This document shows positions 37,164 to 46,707 of a stretch of DNA of 64,000 nt, piece by piece. This DNA is from a virus. The stretch covers positions 1 to 64,000 of IMG/VR virus record IMGVR_UViG_3300021197_001584. One strand, written 5' to 3'. The notes under the pieces were generated by a model that saw nothing but the letters and a program-made list of their open reading frames with translations, made no database searches and was not told where the DNA came from. Position numbers and translations under genes: made by a program. The first letter of the stretch is position 1. Every line of letters starts with the position of its first letter.

Positions 37164-37682
37164 TTATTTTTCTCGAACATCAAAATGAGACATCGCAACA
37201 ATGATTGCATCTGCTTCATCATCAAGTCCCGGCTTTGGATTTCCATGTCTTGTGTAGACCATTTCAAACTGATCGATGTTGTTATCGACCCACTCAAGGA
37301 CGACAACCTTTGCCTTTGTTCCTCTTGGGACCTTAATGCCGCATCTAGAGCGTGCTGTAGTGGCTCCAACAAGCGTTGGAGGTTTGCCTAGGTGTTGATA
37401 GGCCAAGAGACTTACCATCCCGTTAAACCTCTGTAGAGAGCTCATAGTCTTTGCTGTTGTCTTTCCACCAGAAAACATTGAGAACGGCTCTTCGATTCTG
37501 ACTTCGTTGATTTGATACTTTGCAAAGAGAGGCTCAAGGACTTTCTGCTCTAGAGACTCTGCTCGTTCTTCTAAAGGTGTCTTTGGTTTGGTCTTGAAGA
37601 AGTCTGAATCAACATATTCTCCGTCGTCCGTGATTATTGCCCAGCCAATTCTTGTGGTTGAGACATCTAGTCCTAAAATCAT
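37164..37682 (-). CDS. RuvC-like Holliday junction resolvase
   Basis: MILGLDVSTTRIGWA, IEE and DDEADAI acidic catalytic motifs. Confidence 0.8.
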   Translation of the reverse strand: MILGLDVSTTRIGWAIITDDGEYVDSDFFKTKPKTPLEERAESLEQKVLEPLFAKYQINEVRIEEPFSMFSGGKTTAKTMSSLQRFNGMVSLLAYQHLGKPPTLVGATTARSRCGIKVPRGTKAKVVVLEWVDNNIDQFEMVYTRHGNPKPGLDDEADAIIVAMSHFDVREK

Positions 37683-37737
37683 TTTAGCTCCGATTGTTCT
37701 GTTTCTAATCATTTTAGTCAAAAAGTAACAGTTTTTG

Positions 37738-37766
37738 TTGACATATTTAAAATAATATGTTATAAT
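37738..37766 (+). promoter_or_regulatory. Perfect-consensus sigma70 promoter on the plus (antisense) strand
   Basis: TTGACA-tatttaaaataatatgt(17)-TATAAT. Confidence 0.7.
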
Positions 37767-37794
37767 ATAAGTATAGTATTGGTAAGATAATATA

Positions 37795-37823
37795 AGTATA
37801 ACATATTAAAAGGAGTATATCAA
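37795..37823 (-). promoter_or_regulatory. sigma70-type promoter for the resolvase
   Basis: TTGATA-17 nt-TATACT with extended TG. Confidence 0.65.
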
Positions 37824-37828
37824 GTAAA

Positions 37829-38902
37829 TTATAGATCTATTTTCATTTTAAATAAATATTCTTTAGCTTCTGTTTTTCTTATTGGAGTAGCTAACTTACA
37901 TACACCTACTAGTCTTCTATGTTCATCATAGAGACAGATCTTAGATATGTACGTTTCTTTCTGAAAAGGAGGCTCCACATCAGTTTGTTCTGATGGAACT
38001 ACGTTCTTTACTTTGCGTCGTTTCTCGATGAACTCATAAGATGAAGTGTGATAGTGAACAAACGGATTTTCAGACTGTTGAAGGTAAGTTGGGTTGTTCG
38101 AGTGATTAAGCATGCCTTCAGGTGCTTTTGCTAAGATTGTCATGTTTTGAAACTGCGACACTCCTTGAAAGTCTAGAGCAAATGACACTTCTCCTGCAGC
38201 ATTCAAGTCTGCAAAATCTGTCCATGCATAGTTAGCCGCATTGATTGTGGCAACGGTGTCTGTATTGTTCAAGAGGATCACTCCTTCGTCATAGAGGATG
38301 TTCCCTACAATGTTTCCATCGTGAACTAGTTCTCCTCTCCGATTTGAATCTGTAGCTTCCACAGACAAGATTCCTTCGTCAAAAATCTTTAAACTTAAAG
38401 ATCCTTTCTTGATTGATGAACCATAAAAGATAGATGGAATGTTGATCATTGTCACATCCGATTGATAATTTGCATAGTCAAATGATTGAGACCAAAACGC
38501 ATAGTGATTTAGAGATGACCTAAGTGCTCTGAGTTTGGCAGATGGAGAAGTCATCGTTTCTCTCGAGATCGAAGCGGACATATTATAAGATCCGGTTATA
38601 ACCTCGCCATCGTAATTGAATTCCGTGTTCCATGATGTTTTCGAGATAGACTTGAAAGTCTGCTTGTGACCACCTTTTGTAATGAAGGGGTGGATGAGCT
38701 CGCTTGGATCTCGATTGACATTGTATTCAAATAGAGAAACATAGCCTTCAGGGACGCCAAGAATGTTGTCAGAGTAAGTTCCCGACACTGCTTGATGGTT
38801 GTTTAGATAAATGTTTCCATCGTGCACATAGAAGCTCTGCTGAGGGTTAGTCTCGATTGTGTTGACAAATACGTCATTGTCCTTTAGTTCAAAATAAGAC
38901 AT
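37829..38902 (-). CDS. Baseplate/tail structural protein
   Basis: 357 aa; C-terminal SNNPTY..YISKICLYD..KLATPIRK shared with the neighbouring gene. Confidence 0.6.
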   Translation of the reverse strand: MSYFELKDNDVFVNTIETNPQQSFYVHDGNIYLNNHQAVSGTYSDNILGVPEGYVSLFEYNVNRDPSELIHPFITKGGHKQTFKSISKTSWNTEFNYDGEVITGSYNMSASISRETMTSPSAKLRALRSSLNHYAFWSQSFDYANYQSDVTMINIPSIFYGSSIKKGSLSLKIFDEGILSVEATDSNRRGELVHDGNIVGNILYDEGVILLNNTDTVATINAANYAWTDFADLNAAGEVSFALDFQGVSQFQNMTILAKAPEGMLNHSNNPTYLQQSENPFVHYHTSSYEFIEKRRKVKNVVPSEQTDVEPPFQKETYISKICLYDEHRRLVGVCKLATPIRKTEAKEYLFKMKIDL

Positions 38903-38915
38903 GAGCCCTCCGAAA

Positions 38916-39986
38916 TTAGTAGTCGAGACGAGCGCGGATTGTAAATTCTGTGCTTGGTGATTTCTTCAATGCTTCCGATAGTTTAGCTGTTGCCAACAAT
39001 TCGTTACGGTCATTATAGAGACCAACGGTTGTGATGTAAGCAACTGGCTCATCTGTTGATTGTGTCTTGACTCGAACTCTCGAGTCCTCTGTGTAAGTTG
39101 GGTTCGATGAATAGTTGAACTCGTTATGATTAACACGACAGAAGTAAACAGTTGAGTTCAATTCGGTTGTGTTGTTGAATTGGATGTTTTCGATTCTGTG
39201 AAGCAATCCGTTTCCACAATTATCAATCGAAGTATCGGCAAGGGCATCATCCAAGTCAACACCGCCATAGAAATCAGTTGGAGCAGATGTTAACAAACTA
39301 CTGAAAACAGAACCAGTTAAAACAACAATCCCTGCTTGGTAAAAAATTAATCCACATTTAGATGCTTGAGTGCCCAAGGGAGTTCCATTGGCATAAAGAA
39401 TACCGTAATCCCCAGCTGGTGAGTTTACTCGATATTCTGTAGATGCACTGGTGTCAGTAATTGTCACAAGGTCTGTGCTTGGAAATTGACCACCTGCTAC
39501 GTAAGTTGCAACGTCAACTGTCATTGAAAATGTCTCTTTCTTGATTTCGTCTTTTACAAGAAGTCGAGAAAAGGGAAGAACAAAAACTTCCTTCATTTTA
39601 TCAGTTGTGCTTCCATATAGGTCTCCGTCTTCATCGAACAATTGAACAGAACCGGTAAGGTCGTAACCCATTAAGAGTTGCGCCATTTGGCCATAGATAT
39701 TGTTCTTTTTAGATTGCATTCCATTGGTGCTAATGCTTAGAGCACTCTGAGAAGAGATTCCACATGTGACATCGAAGATGTGGTTTGCCGAGGAACTTAG
39801 GTAATTGTAATCGTAAACTGTCTGAAACATTCCATGTGGATAACTTTTTAAATTTGTTGGGACTACTGGGTTCACGTTGGTGTTGACATATGACCCAGAA
39901 ATAATTGATCCAGTCAAGGGGATTGCCTCATGAAGGAGTGTTCGAGTGCTTACAGCATCATTTTCGTTTAGTGGTTTGAAAGTCAT
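38916..39986 (-). CDS. Baseplate/tail structural protein (paralog of 37829..38902)
   Basis: 356 aa; SSNPTY..YITTVGLYND..LLATAKLS. Confidence 0.6.
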   Translation of the reverse strand: MTFKPLNENDAVSTRTLLHEAIPLTGSIISGSYVNTNVNPVVPTNLKSYPHGMFQTVYDYNYLSSSANHIFDVTCGISSQSALSISTNGMQSKKNNIYGQMAQLLMGYDLTGSVQLFDEDGDLYGSTTDKMKEVFVLPFSRLLVKDEIKKETFSMTVDVATYVAGGQFPSTDLVTITDTSASTEYRVNSPAGDYGILYANGTPLGTQASKCGLIFYQAGIVVLTGSVFSSLLTSAPTDFYGGVDLDDALADTSIDNCGNGLLHRIENIQFNNTTELNSTVYFCRVNHNEFNYSSNPTYTEDSRVRVKTQSTDEPVAYITTVGLYNDRNELLATAKLSEALKKSPSTEFTIRARLDY

Positions 39987-39996
39987 TTTAGTTTCC

Positions 39997-40953
39997 TTAT
40001 GCTAATCTTACGTATCTTACTGGGACGTCAATCATCACACCTGTTTTGACACCAGTCAATCGAATGTTTGAATCGATGAATAAGCAGTTGTTAGATGGGC
40101 TTGAGCCAGCGTCGGCTAAAGTTGTTGTTCCGCCAAGTTGTTCAAATAGGAACGAACTGGTGTTCAAATCCATTGAGGATTGGATGCGAAATTCAATTCG
40201 AGTGCCGCGTGGCCCACGAATAACTTCTTTAGGGTCCTTGGTGTCGACAGTTATTTCTGAGACAAAAGTATCTCCGAGGTCGACGGTGTAGTAGGCAATG
40301 TTATCGTCATCAATGTAATCGAATGCTGCGAGAGTTCCTTGAGTGTCAACCAGTTTTCCTAGCCGGTTATCAATTTGAAGAATGTAGCTAGTTTCTTTAA
40401 GATCATCATCTAAACGACGTTTTGGAGAGATCTCCGTTGTATCTAAACCTTGATCTACTTTTATCGATGTTCCACCAATTGTTTCTCCAAGCATGAAGCC
40501 TTGTCGAACACTACCATCAGCTGTCACAGCGACTCCAGTGTCTGTACTTCCACCGTTTCCATCTTCTGTTGATGCGTCAACTGCTACAATGAAAGGTCCA
40601 TCGATTGTTCCATCGCCGTCAAGATCAACTCGCTTGTTCATCTGCAAAGACTCATTGAGTCTCAAGGTTGGGAGAAACAACAGTTCAAGATTGGTGTAGG
40701 TTTGCAATCTTGTCTTCATCGAAGAAGAGTTGTTCGTAAAAGCCTCTAAAATTGGAGTTTGCAAGATCTCAAGATCGTAGTAGGCGCTACCATTTACGTG
40801 CAATTTGTTGTAAAGAGAATAGTCGATCTCTTCATCTCCGAGAGCAAATTTTGTAATTTGAAATGATCCGTCACCTTTTGCTAAAAGCATTCGACCATGA
40901 TCGGTGAGAACAACGTCTAAGATGATGTCACCACTGTTATCTAAAAAACCCAT
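39997..40953 (-). CDS. Baseplate/tail-fibre attachment-like protein
   Basis: 318 aa; VLTDHGRMLLAKG..ITKFALGDEEIDY. Confidence 0.6.
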   Translation of the reverse strand: MGFLDNSGDIILDVVLTDHGRMLLAKGDGSFQITKFALGDEEIDYSLYNKLHVNGSAYYDLEILQTPILEAFTNNSSSMKTRLQTYTNLELLFLPTLRLNESLQMNKRVDLDGDGTIDGPFIVAVDASTEDGNGGSTDTGVAVTADGSVRQGFMLGETIGGTSIKVDQGLDTTEISPKRRLDDDLKETSYILQIDNRLGKLVDTQGTLAAFDYIDDDNIAYYTVDLGDTFVSEITVDTKDPKEVIRGPRGTRIEFRIQSSMDLNTSSFLFEQLGGTTTLADAGSSPSNNCLFIDSNIRLTGVKTGVMIDVPVRYVRLA

Positions 40954-40994
40954 TGTGTTTTCTCCTAATATTTCTTCCCTAAATAGCTCTCTTT

Positions 40995-42977
40995 TTAGAA
41001 TTCTTCTTTAGTTTTGTTTTTTGTCAGCTCAAAATTGATGTTTAGATCTATGATCTTTCCTGAAGTCTTAGATCGAACGCGAAGTTTAATTTTACGCCCC
41101 CATACGGACTCTTTTTGAATGCCCAACTTAAGTTCGTCGAGCTTTCCCTTTATCGATGCATTGTCAGATAGGTTGTTTTGTTCTTCCAAAAACAGCATTT
41201 GCTCTACTGCTGGTTTTATTTGCATAATAGATTTGAAATTAGTTCTCGGCTGACTTATAATTCTTTCCGGAAACTCATAAGTGTCAAGCATCACTTTTGC
41301 ATCGTCTGCATCCACAACCAATCTTGTTTTGAAAATAGAAGTAGGATTTGAGACTAGTCCTTTCTCGTTGACTTGTCGAAACATATAGTAATAGTCTTCG
41401 TTGCTATCGACCATATCGCGAAAGATCGCATCAGTTGATCGGTAAGGCATTCTTACTTCCCCAAGCTTTGCGCTTGAAAAGTCTGCGATAGACTTTGGAG
41501 GATAAGATAGTCTGAAGACTTCATAGAGACCTGAATCAACTTCTGTGTGAAACTTGAATTTACCATCTTTCATTGAAAAGAATCGCTCCATCAATTGCCG
41601 TTGGTCGCTATCGTTCGCTGTTATCTCAACAAAGTCGGACTTAATGCTGTTCTTTGTCGGAGACAAGTAAATCTGAATCTCACTATTTGAGTTGTTCTCG
41701 GTTTTGAATGTGACCTGCGGGTGCACTGGTGGTGGTTGGATAATCGACTTTGAAACCGTGAATAATTCGAATGGCACAACCATTATGCTCGGCCTATTTA
41801 TGACTTCAGCAGTTGCGTAAGTTATGTCATCTTCTTTATAATAGCGAACATTCCTATAAGAATAAGAGTTCCCTATGATCATATAATGAGCTTTGACCCT
41901 ATAAAGGTAAGTTGCACCATATTTTACTTGAGTGTCACTAAACGCAGTTGCTAATGCACCAGCAGGTGCATAAATGTTTTGAAGTTTTGCTGAGTCAAGT
42001 TCGAACTCATTGAACTTTTCAAATGAATAACAAAGAGCTTCTTTGTGACATTCGATGTTGTTTAAAATGTCAGAAAAGCCTCTGAAGCCTGTTTTCGTGA
42101 CACCCTTAATGTAGCCCTTGAAGAGGTGTTTGCGTAGGTCAAGACTCATTTTTGAGGCCTTAGCGTCTTGATTTAGACCATAGAAGTTGTCTAAATCAAC
42201 ATTGATGTCAGAATCGAAAAATGATGTAATGTCATATCCCATAACCTCCGCTTCTTCTCTTACGATTCTACCATCTTGAATGTTGAATTGTAAAGCTGTT
42301 TTATCAGATTGTAAATAATCATTTAATACTTCATCGTAGATTGAGATCTTCTGGAGAAACTTTGAAATGTCCCCTCTTACTCCATCGTTGATACCTATGT
42401 GCACCTTATAGGGAGCGGACTTGGAAAATTTGTCTTGAGATCCTTGAGGAACAACAAAGTTCTTCATTTGATCTCCTCTCGAGAATGTGCTTAGCCTAGA
42501 GTTTTTGCGCTTCTTAAAGTTCAAGATCTCGTCTTGTGTACATTCGTCCAAAAAGGAGTTGAGATTATGCTCGGGGATGCTGACTTGTAGGTCATCGTAA
42601 TCCTGCGAGACATAGTTGAATTGCGCGTCTATTGAGTACGTTGGGGTTGCTTGTGTTATGTTTCCTTGATCTATTGAGTTTAAGTCGACCATTTTTACGA
42701 CCGAGGTAACGTGATTGCTGGTAGTTCGACCGCTACTGAGTGCTGAAGCGATTGTAGATCTTTTCCCATCAACAGCAGTGACTTTGATTTTTGCTATTTC
42801 ATAAATGTTTTCGTCGTCTTCAATCATTTCACTAGACAGCATGTGGATTTTGACTTTCATGTCTTTTGAGTTTTCAATCTTGCTATCGTTGTTGCCTGAT
42901 TGTGTTACGACTTTCGCTTTTCCGAATGCTTGCAATAGTGGGTCGATTCTGAAATCTGCAATCTTAAGTTTCGCCAT
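40995..42977 (-). CDS. Hypothetical tail-module protein
   Basis: 660 aa; FSDTQVKYGATYLYRV is FN3-like. Confidence 0.55.
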   Translation of the reverse strand: MAKLKIADFRIDPLLQAFGKAKVVTQSGNNDSKIENSKDMKVKIHMLSSEMIEDDENIYEIAKIKVTAVDGKRSTIASALSSGRTTSNHVTSVVKMVDLNSIDQGNITQATPTYSIDAQFNYVSQDYDDLQVSIPEHNLNSFLDECTQDEILNFKKRKNSRLSTFSRGDQMKNFVVPQGSQDKFSKSAPYKVHIGINDGVRGDISKFLQKISIYDEVLNDYLQSDKTALQFNIQDGRIVREEAEVMGYDITSFFDSDINVDLDNFYGLNQDAKASKMSLDLRKHLFKGYIKGVTKTGFRGFSDILNNIECHKEALCYSFEKFNEFELDSAKLQNIYAPAGALATAFSDTQVKYGATYLYRVKAHYMIIGNSYSYRNVRYYKEDDITYATAEVINRPSIMVVPFELFTVSKSIIQPPPVHPQVTFKTENNSNSEIQIYLSPTKNSIKSDFVEITANDSDQRQLMERFFSMKDGKFKFHTEVDSGLYEVFRLSYPPKSIADFSSAKLGEVRMPYRSTDAIFRDMVDSNEDYYYMFRQVNEKGLVSNPTSIFKTRLVVDADDAKVMLDTYEFPERIISQPRTNFKSIMQIKPAVEQMLFLEEQNNLSDNASIKGKLDELKLGIQKESVWGRKIKLRVRSKTSGKIIDLNINFELTKNKTKEEF

Positions 42978-42979
42978 GG

Positions 42980-45742
42980 TTAGCTCCTTGGTTGTTTTAC
43001 GATGTTACCAGCTGTGTAGGCCACTTCTGATACTTCAGGTAGATTTTCTACAGCGTCAGGAATTATAGTTGGGTCAGTAGCATTGACACTACTTCCTTTG
43101 ACGATAAATGTCGAGTTTAGAACTGGCATCTTAAACTCTGCTGCTGGAACAACACCTGTTGCTGCGTCTTCTACATAAGACATTTTGCACAAAATCTCTG
43201 CTCTTTCGTCAAGAAGCTCGCTCGTCAACTCAACCCAAATTGGTTTGGACATGATTGATTCGCCATTACTGTTCTTTTCGTAGCCATGAAGTGCTTCGAT
43301 CTTTTGGTTTGCGTGGAAAATCATCTCTGTTGCAACTTTTGTGTCAACTTCTTTTAAGATATCGGATTCGGCTTCGTGGATGTTGTTATTTGCAGCTCTC
43401 GATCTTGAATTAAACAAGGCCTTTGTTGCAAGTGGTAGTTTGCGCAACCTCTCAGGGCTGTAGTGTTTCGACGACTTTAGTTTCTCATAAAAAGATCCTT
43501 TCTCGGTTAAATCGAATTGCTTTTTGCTTCTTTTTACTGAAACTTCGTTTGCAATAGAGAAACGCAACAGAGCTTGTTTCGTGTCTTTTGCATTAATCGA
43601 TCGATCTGTTTTTGTTTCAATGTTTACGAATTCAGAGTTGTCTCCGAGATATTCTGACGACTCGCGATAGTCATCCCTCTTTTTGCTGATTTGATTGATT
43701 TTTAAAGCAATGGGTCTAAAGTTGAATTTGAAGCGACTCTTTTTGAATCTCGACTTTCTCATTGTTTTGCGTTTGCTTGTCGTCTTAGCTTTCATTGGCT
43801 TTCGGTTCAAACGAGGCATTGACCGAGATGAAACTTTACGTTCAGTTTTCTTGTGTTTTGATTCGATGAATTTAATTGAAATACGATCAGTATCAATGTT
43901 AGAGATTGTTTTGGTCGACATTGGCTGTCCTTGAAAATGGAATGCCAATGGTGCGAGGAACATCATCTTGGTAGCCCCAAGATCCCTGAGTGCTTCGGAA
44001 TCATTGTCGTCAATCATGAAAGTGTCATCAGATGAGACAGCCTTTGATGTATCGAAGAATCTTTCAATCTCTTGATCGGCTCTCGCTTCCATCTCTTCTC
44101 TTTCGAGAATTAGAATTTCTTTATTGTCAGTTTTACCAAGAACATCGTAAGATGATTCTACATTGCTGAACTGGACAAGCTCTTCGAATGTCTTTGAGAT
44201 GTTAATGATGTTGGGTGGATAACTGTAAGATGGGTTTCCTTTATTGAACTTCAACTCTTTCGGCGAAACACCGAAACGAAGTGAAAGAAGGTTGTAGAGT
44301 TTTTGATAATCGTCAATAAATCTAAGACCATAGTTGCGTTTATAATTTGACAAATTGAAAGATGATTGTTTCGCTTCTTTCATTTCCATCAAATCTAATT
44401 GATCAATATCTTTAATCATTCCAATGTACTTGTAGTAGTCTCCAACATAGGCTGTCAGAACGTCAGGAATGACCGCTGAAGGTCTTAATGAGTCTAAGGA
44501 GTCATTGTAGTTATTCGGAGAGTTGAGGCGTCTTACAACGTCTTTGAGGCCGTTTAGGTTTGTCTTCACATTCAAGAGAAAACTCTCGATCAATTCTTGA
44601 GTCTTGTCAATAAATGTCATTTTGACTTCATAAACAAACTCTCCACGGTCTCCCTCGTTTTTTCCGGAATCAGTAAAGCTATAAGTTTTGATAAAGTCAT
44701 CGTTTGCGACCTGCAATTCTTTCAAGTCAGCCATTGAGGCAACCATTTCTTTCGGCAACACGTCCTCTTTTGCGAACATGGGTGTTCCGAGATAATTTGT
44801 TTGTCGACGAAATCGAACTTGCCTTCTGTAAATCTCAACAGAGTTGATGACCATTGCATTTGCAACATCAAGAAACAGAGCGTCATCGAGTCCATAGATT
44901 TGCATTCCAAACTTTGTCTTTGACAAAACAAGATTCTTCATATCAATCGAGAAAACACCGAACAGATCGGCTTCTGAATTCAAAGAATAGTGAACATCAG
45001 AGATTATAGGTAAATCTTGGAACATCAAAGATGATCGGTTTGCCAAAGTTTTTGCTCTAAAGTCCACAATCTTTGAGTTCTTGACTCGCTCTCGAGTAAG
45101 TTCTAGACTGCCTTCACTAGGTTGGGGACCAGAGTACCAGTCGCTGTCGATTTGATGGACAGGTCCAGACCAAACTTCACGGTCTGATTTTCTAAATAAA
45201 TTAGAGGTTTTTGGAATCACACCGCCTTCCATTACAATTTCAGAGACAACAGGGCCCATGTAATGCGATAGGAGGCCCGTGAGCTTGATGTGAAGGTAGT
45301 TTGACAACTCTTTGTGGTCAATGTAGGTGTAAGCAAACAAAGCCAGCTCAGAGGCATCCTTGGGCTTCACAATGGATGCTTTTAATTTAAAGTGTTTATC
45401 GTCGATATCCTCAGATTTGTGAAGGTCGCCATATCCATAGACATGAAGCATGCTTCGATTATCCCAATTTGAGGACATCTTTAGTTTTGTTGGGTGAAGA
45501 TTCTCACCAATTGTCAACTCATCTCTCATTTCAGGGTTCGATGTTGAAATCAATGCAATCTTCATGAAGCCGGATAAGAGAGGATCGTTCGACCAAATGA
45601 AGTTTGACTCGTCAAGTTCGTCGAGAGCAATCAAGTGAGAAACAACTCGAAACGATTTTTCATCGTGATCTTCGAGAGTTATCTTTTCAAAATAAACATT
45701 CGGCAATTTGCCAAGTCCAACATTCTCAATAGCCATTAGCAC
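42980..45742 (-). CDS. Large hypothetical tail-module protein
   Basis: 920 aa; contains a K/R-rich patch. Confidence 0.55.
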   Translation of the reverse strand: MLMAIENVGLGKLPNVYFEKITLEDHDEKSFRVVSHLIALDELDESNFIWSNDPLLSGFMKIALISTSNPEMRDELTIGENLHPTKLKMSSNWDNRSMLHVYGYGDLHKSEDIDDKHFKLKASIVKPKDASELALFAYTYIDHKELSNYLHIKLTGLLSHYMGPVVSEIVMEGGVIPKTSNLFRKSDREVWSGPVHQIDSDWYSGPQPSEGSLELTRERVKNSKIVDFRAKTLANRSSLMFQDLPIISDVHYSLNSEADLFGVFSIDMKNLVLSKTKFGMQIYGLDDALFLDVANAMVINSVEIYRRQVRFRRQTNYLGTPMFAKEDVLPKEMVASMADLKELQVANDDFIKTYSFTDSGKNEGDRGEFVYEVKMTFIDKTQELIESFLLNVKTNLNGLKDVVRRLNSPNNYNDSLDSLRPSAVIPDVLTAYVGDYYKYIGMIKDIDQLDLMEMKEAKQSSFNLSNYKRNYGLRFIDDYQKLYNLLSLRFGVSPKELKFNKGNPSYSYPPNIINISKTFEELVQFSNVESSYDVLGKTDNKEILILEREEMEARADQEIERFFDTSKAVSSDDTFMIDDNDSEALRDLGATKMMFLAPLAFHFQGQPMSTKTISNIDTDRISIKFIESKHKKTERKVSSRSMPRLNRKPMKAKTTSKRKTMRKSRFKKSRFKFNFRPIALKINQISKKRDDYRESSEYLGDNSEFVNIETKTDRSINAKDTKQALLRFSIANEVSVKRSKKQFDLTEKGSFYEKLKSSKHYSPERLRKLPLATKALFNSRSRAANNNIHEAESDILKEVDTKVATEMIFHANQKIEALHGYEKNSNGESIMSKPIWVELTSELLDERAEILCKMSYVEDAATGVVPAAEFKMPVLNSTFIVKGSSVNATDPTIIPDAVENLPEVSEVAYTAGNIVKQPRS

Positions 45743-46707
45743 TTCTCCACATCGGTGACACGAGTTCGATAGATATCGAAGTCATCACCTTGTTCATCTG
45801 GACACTCAACTTCAATGTCGAGAAGAATGTCTTCTTTCTTAAGTCTCGCAATTCCTTTACATAGATCAGAATCTGGAATGTCATCGTCAAAAAAGATCGA
45901 TAACCAATATTCTAGATAGCTCTTATCTATATCGATGAATGAATCTTCATCATTATTATCTACCAACATGTCGTTGACGATGTTTTTCGTACGAGGAGTC
46001 ATTTTTAATGGGATTAGCTTTTCTTCGTCTTCAAAGATGAAGGCTTCGATCTCGAGACCTTCTTTGAATGTGAAGCCGTTCTTTTCGATGATTCGAGTGA
46101 TTATTTGATCATCCATTACTTCAAGATAGGTTCCATCATCGAATACTCGAGAGGCTGGAACTGATGGAGAAATCGCTTGACCTCGAACAGGTGAGTCATC
46201 TCTAATGTTGCGAACTTGCATTGTGTATTCTACTGTCATGTTGACTTGTGGAATCTGTCGGAGATAAGACCCTGATGCTTCATAAGTTGACTCAACCTCA
46301 AGTCGCTCTTCGTCTATGTTGTAATCAATCTCTCCGAGAATAGCTGTTAGGTGCCACGAGGATGCCTCTCTCTCTGTTCCATCACTTGTCCCAAGGGGCT
46401 CGGTTAGGTAATTGAGTTGCACATGAGAGAATGGCCGTGAGGAGTTGTCACCTTGTTCGAAGTTTGAGATTAGATTCTCTGGAGATGTTAGATCTCTCTG
46501 AGGTCTTAATCGGGGAGTCTCGTTGAGAATGCGATTTTTGATCCCATCTTGAGTTTCGGTTCCGCCAATAGCGGAGATGTCATAGACGATGTCGTCGTCA
46601 AAGAAGGCGTAATACTTTGGCATCAACTTCCCATTGGACAACAAGGAGCGTCCATAAGGTGTTAATTCGATTTTGAGAACGTCTTGTTTTTTGTCAAAGA
46701 ATGTCAT
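45736..46707 (-). CDS. Baseplate/tail protein related to the N-terminus of 39997..40953
   Basis: 323 aa; IELTPYGRSLLSNG..YAFFDDDIVY. Confidence 0.55.
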   Translation of the reverse strand: MTFFDKKQDVLKIELTPYGRSLLSNGKLMPKYYAFFDDDIVYDISAIGGTETQDGIKNRILNETPRLRPQRDLTSPENLISNFEQGDNSSRPFSHVQLNYLTEPLGTSDGTEREASSWHLTAILGEIDYNIDEERLEVESTYEASGSYLRQIPQVNMTVEYTMQVRNIRDDSPVRGQAISPSVPASRVFDDGTYLEVMDDQIITRIIEKNGFTFKEGLEIEAFIFEDEEKLIPLKMTPRTKNIVNDMLVDNNDEDSFIDIDKSYLEYWLSIFFDDDIPDSDLCKGIARLKKEDILLDIEVECPDEQGDDFDIYRTRVTDVEKC

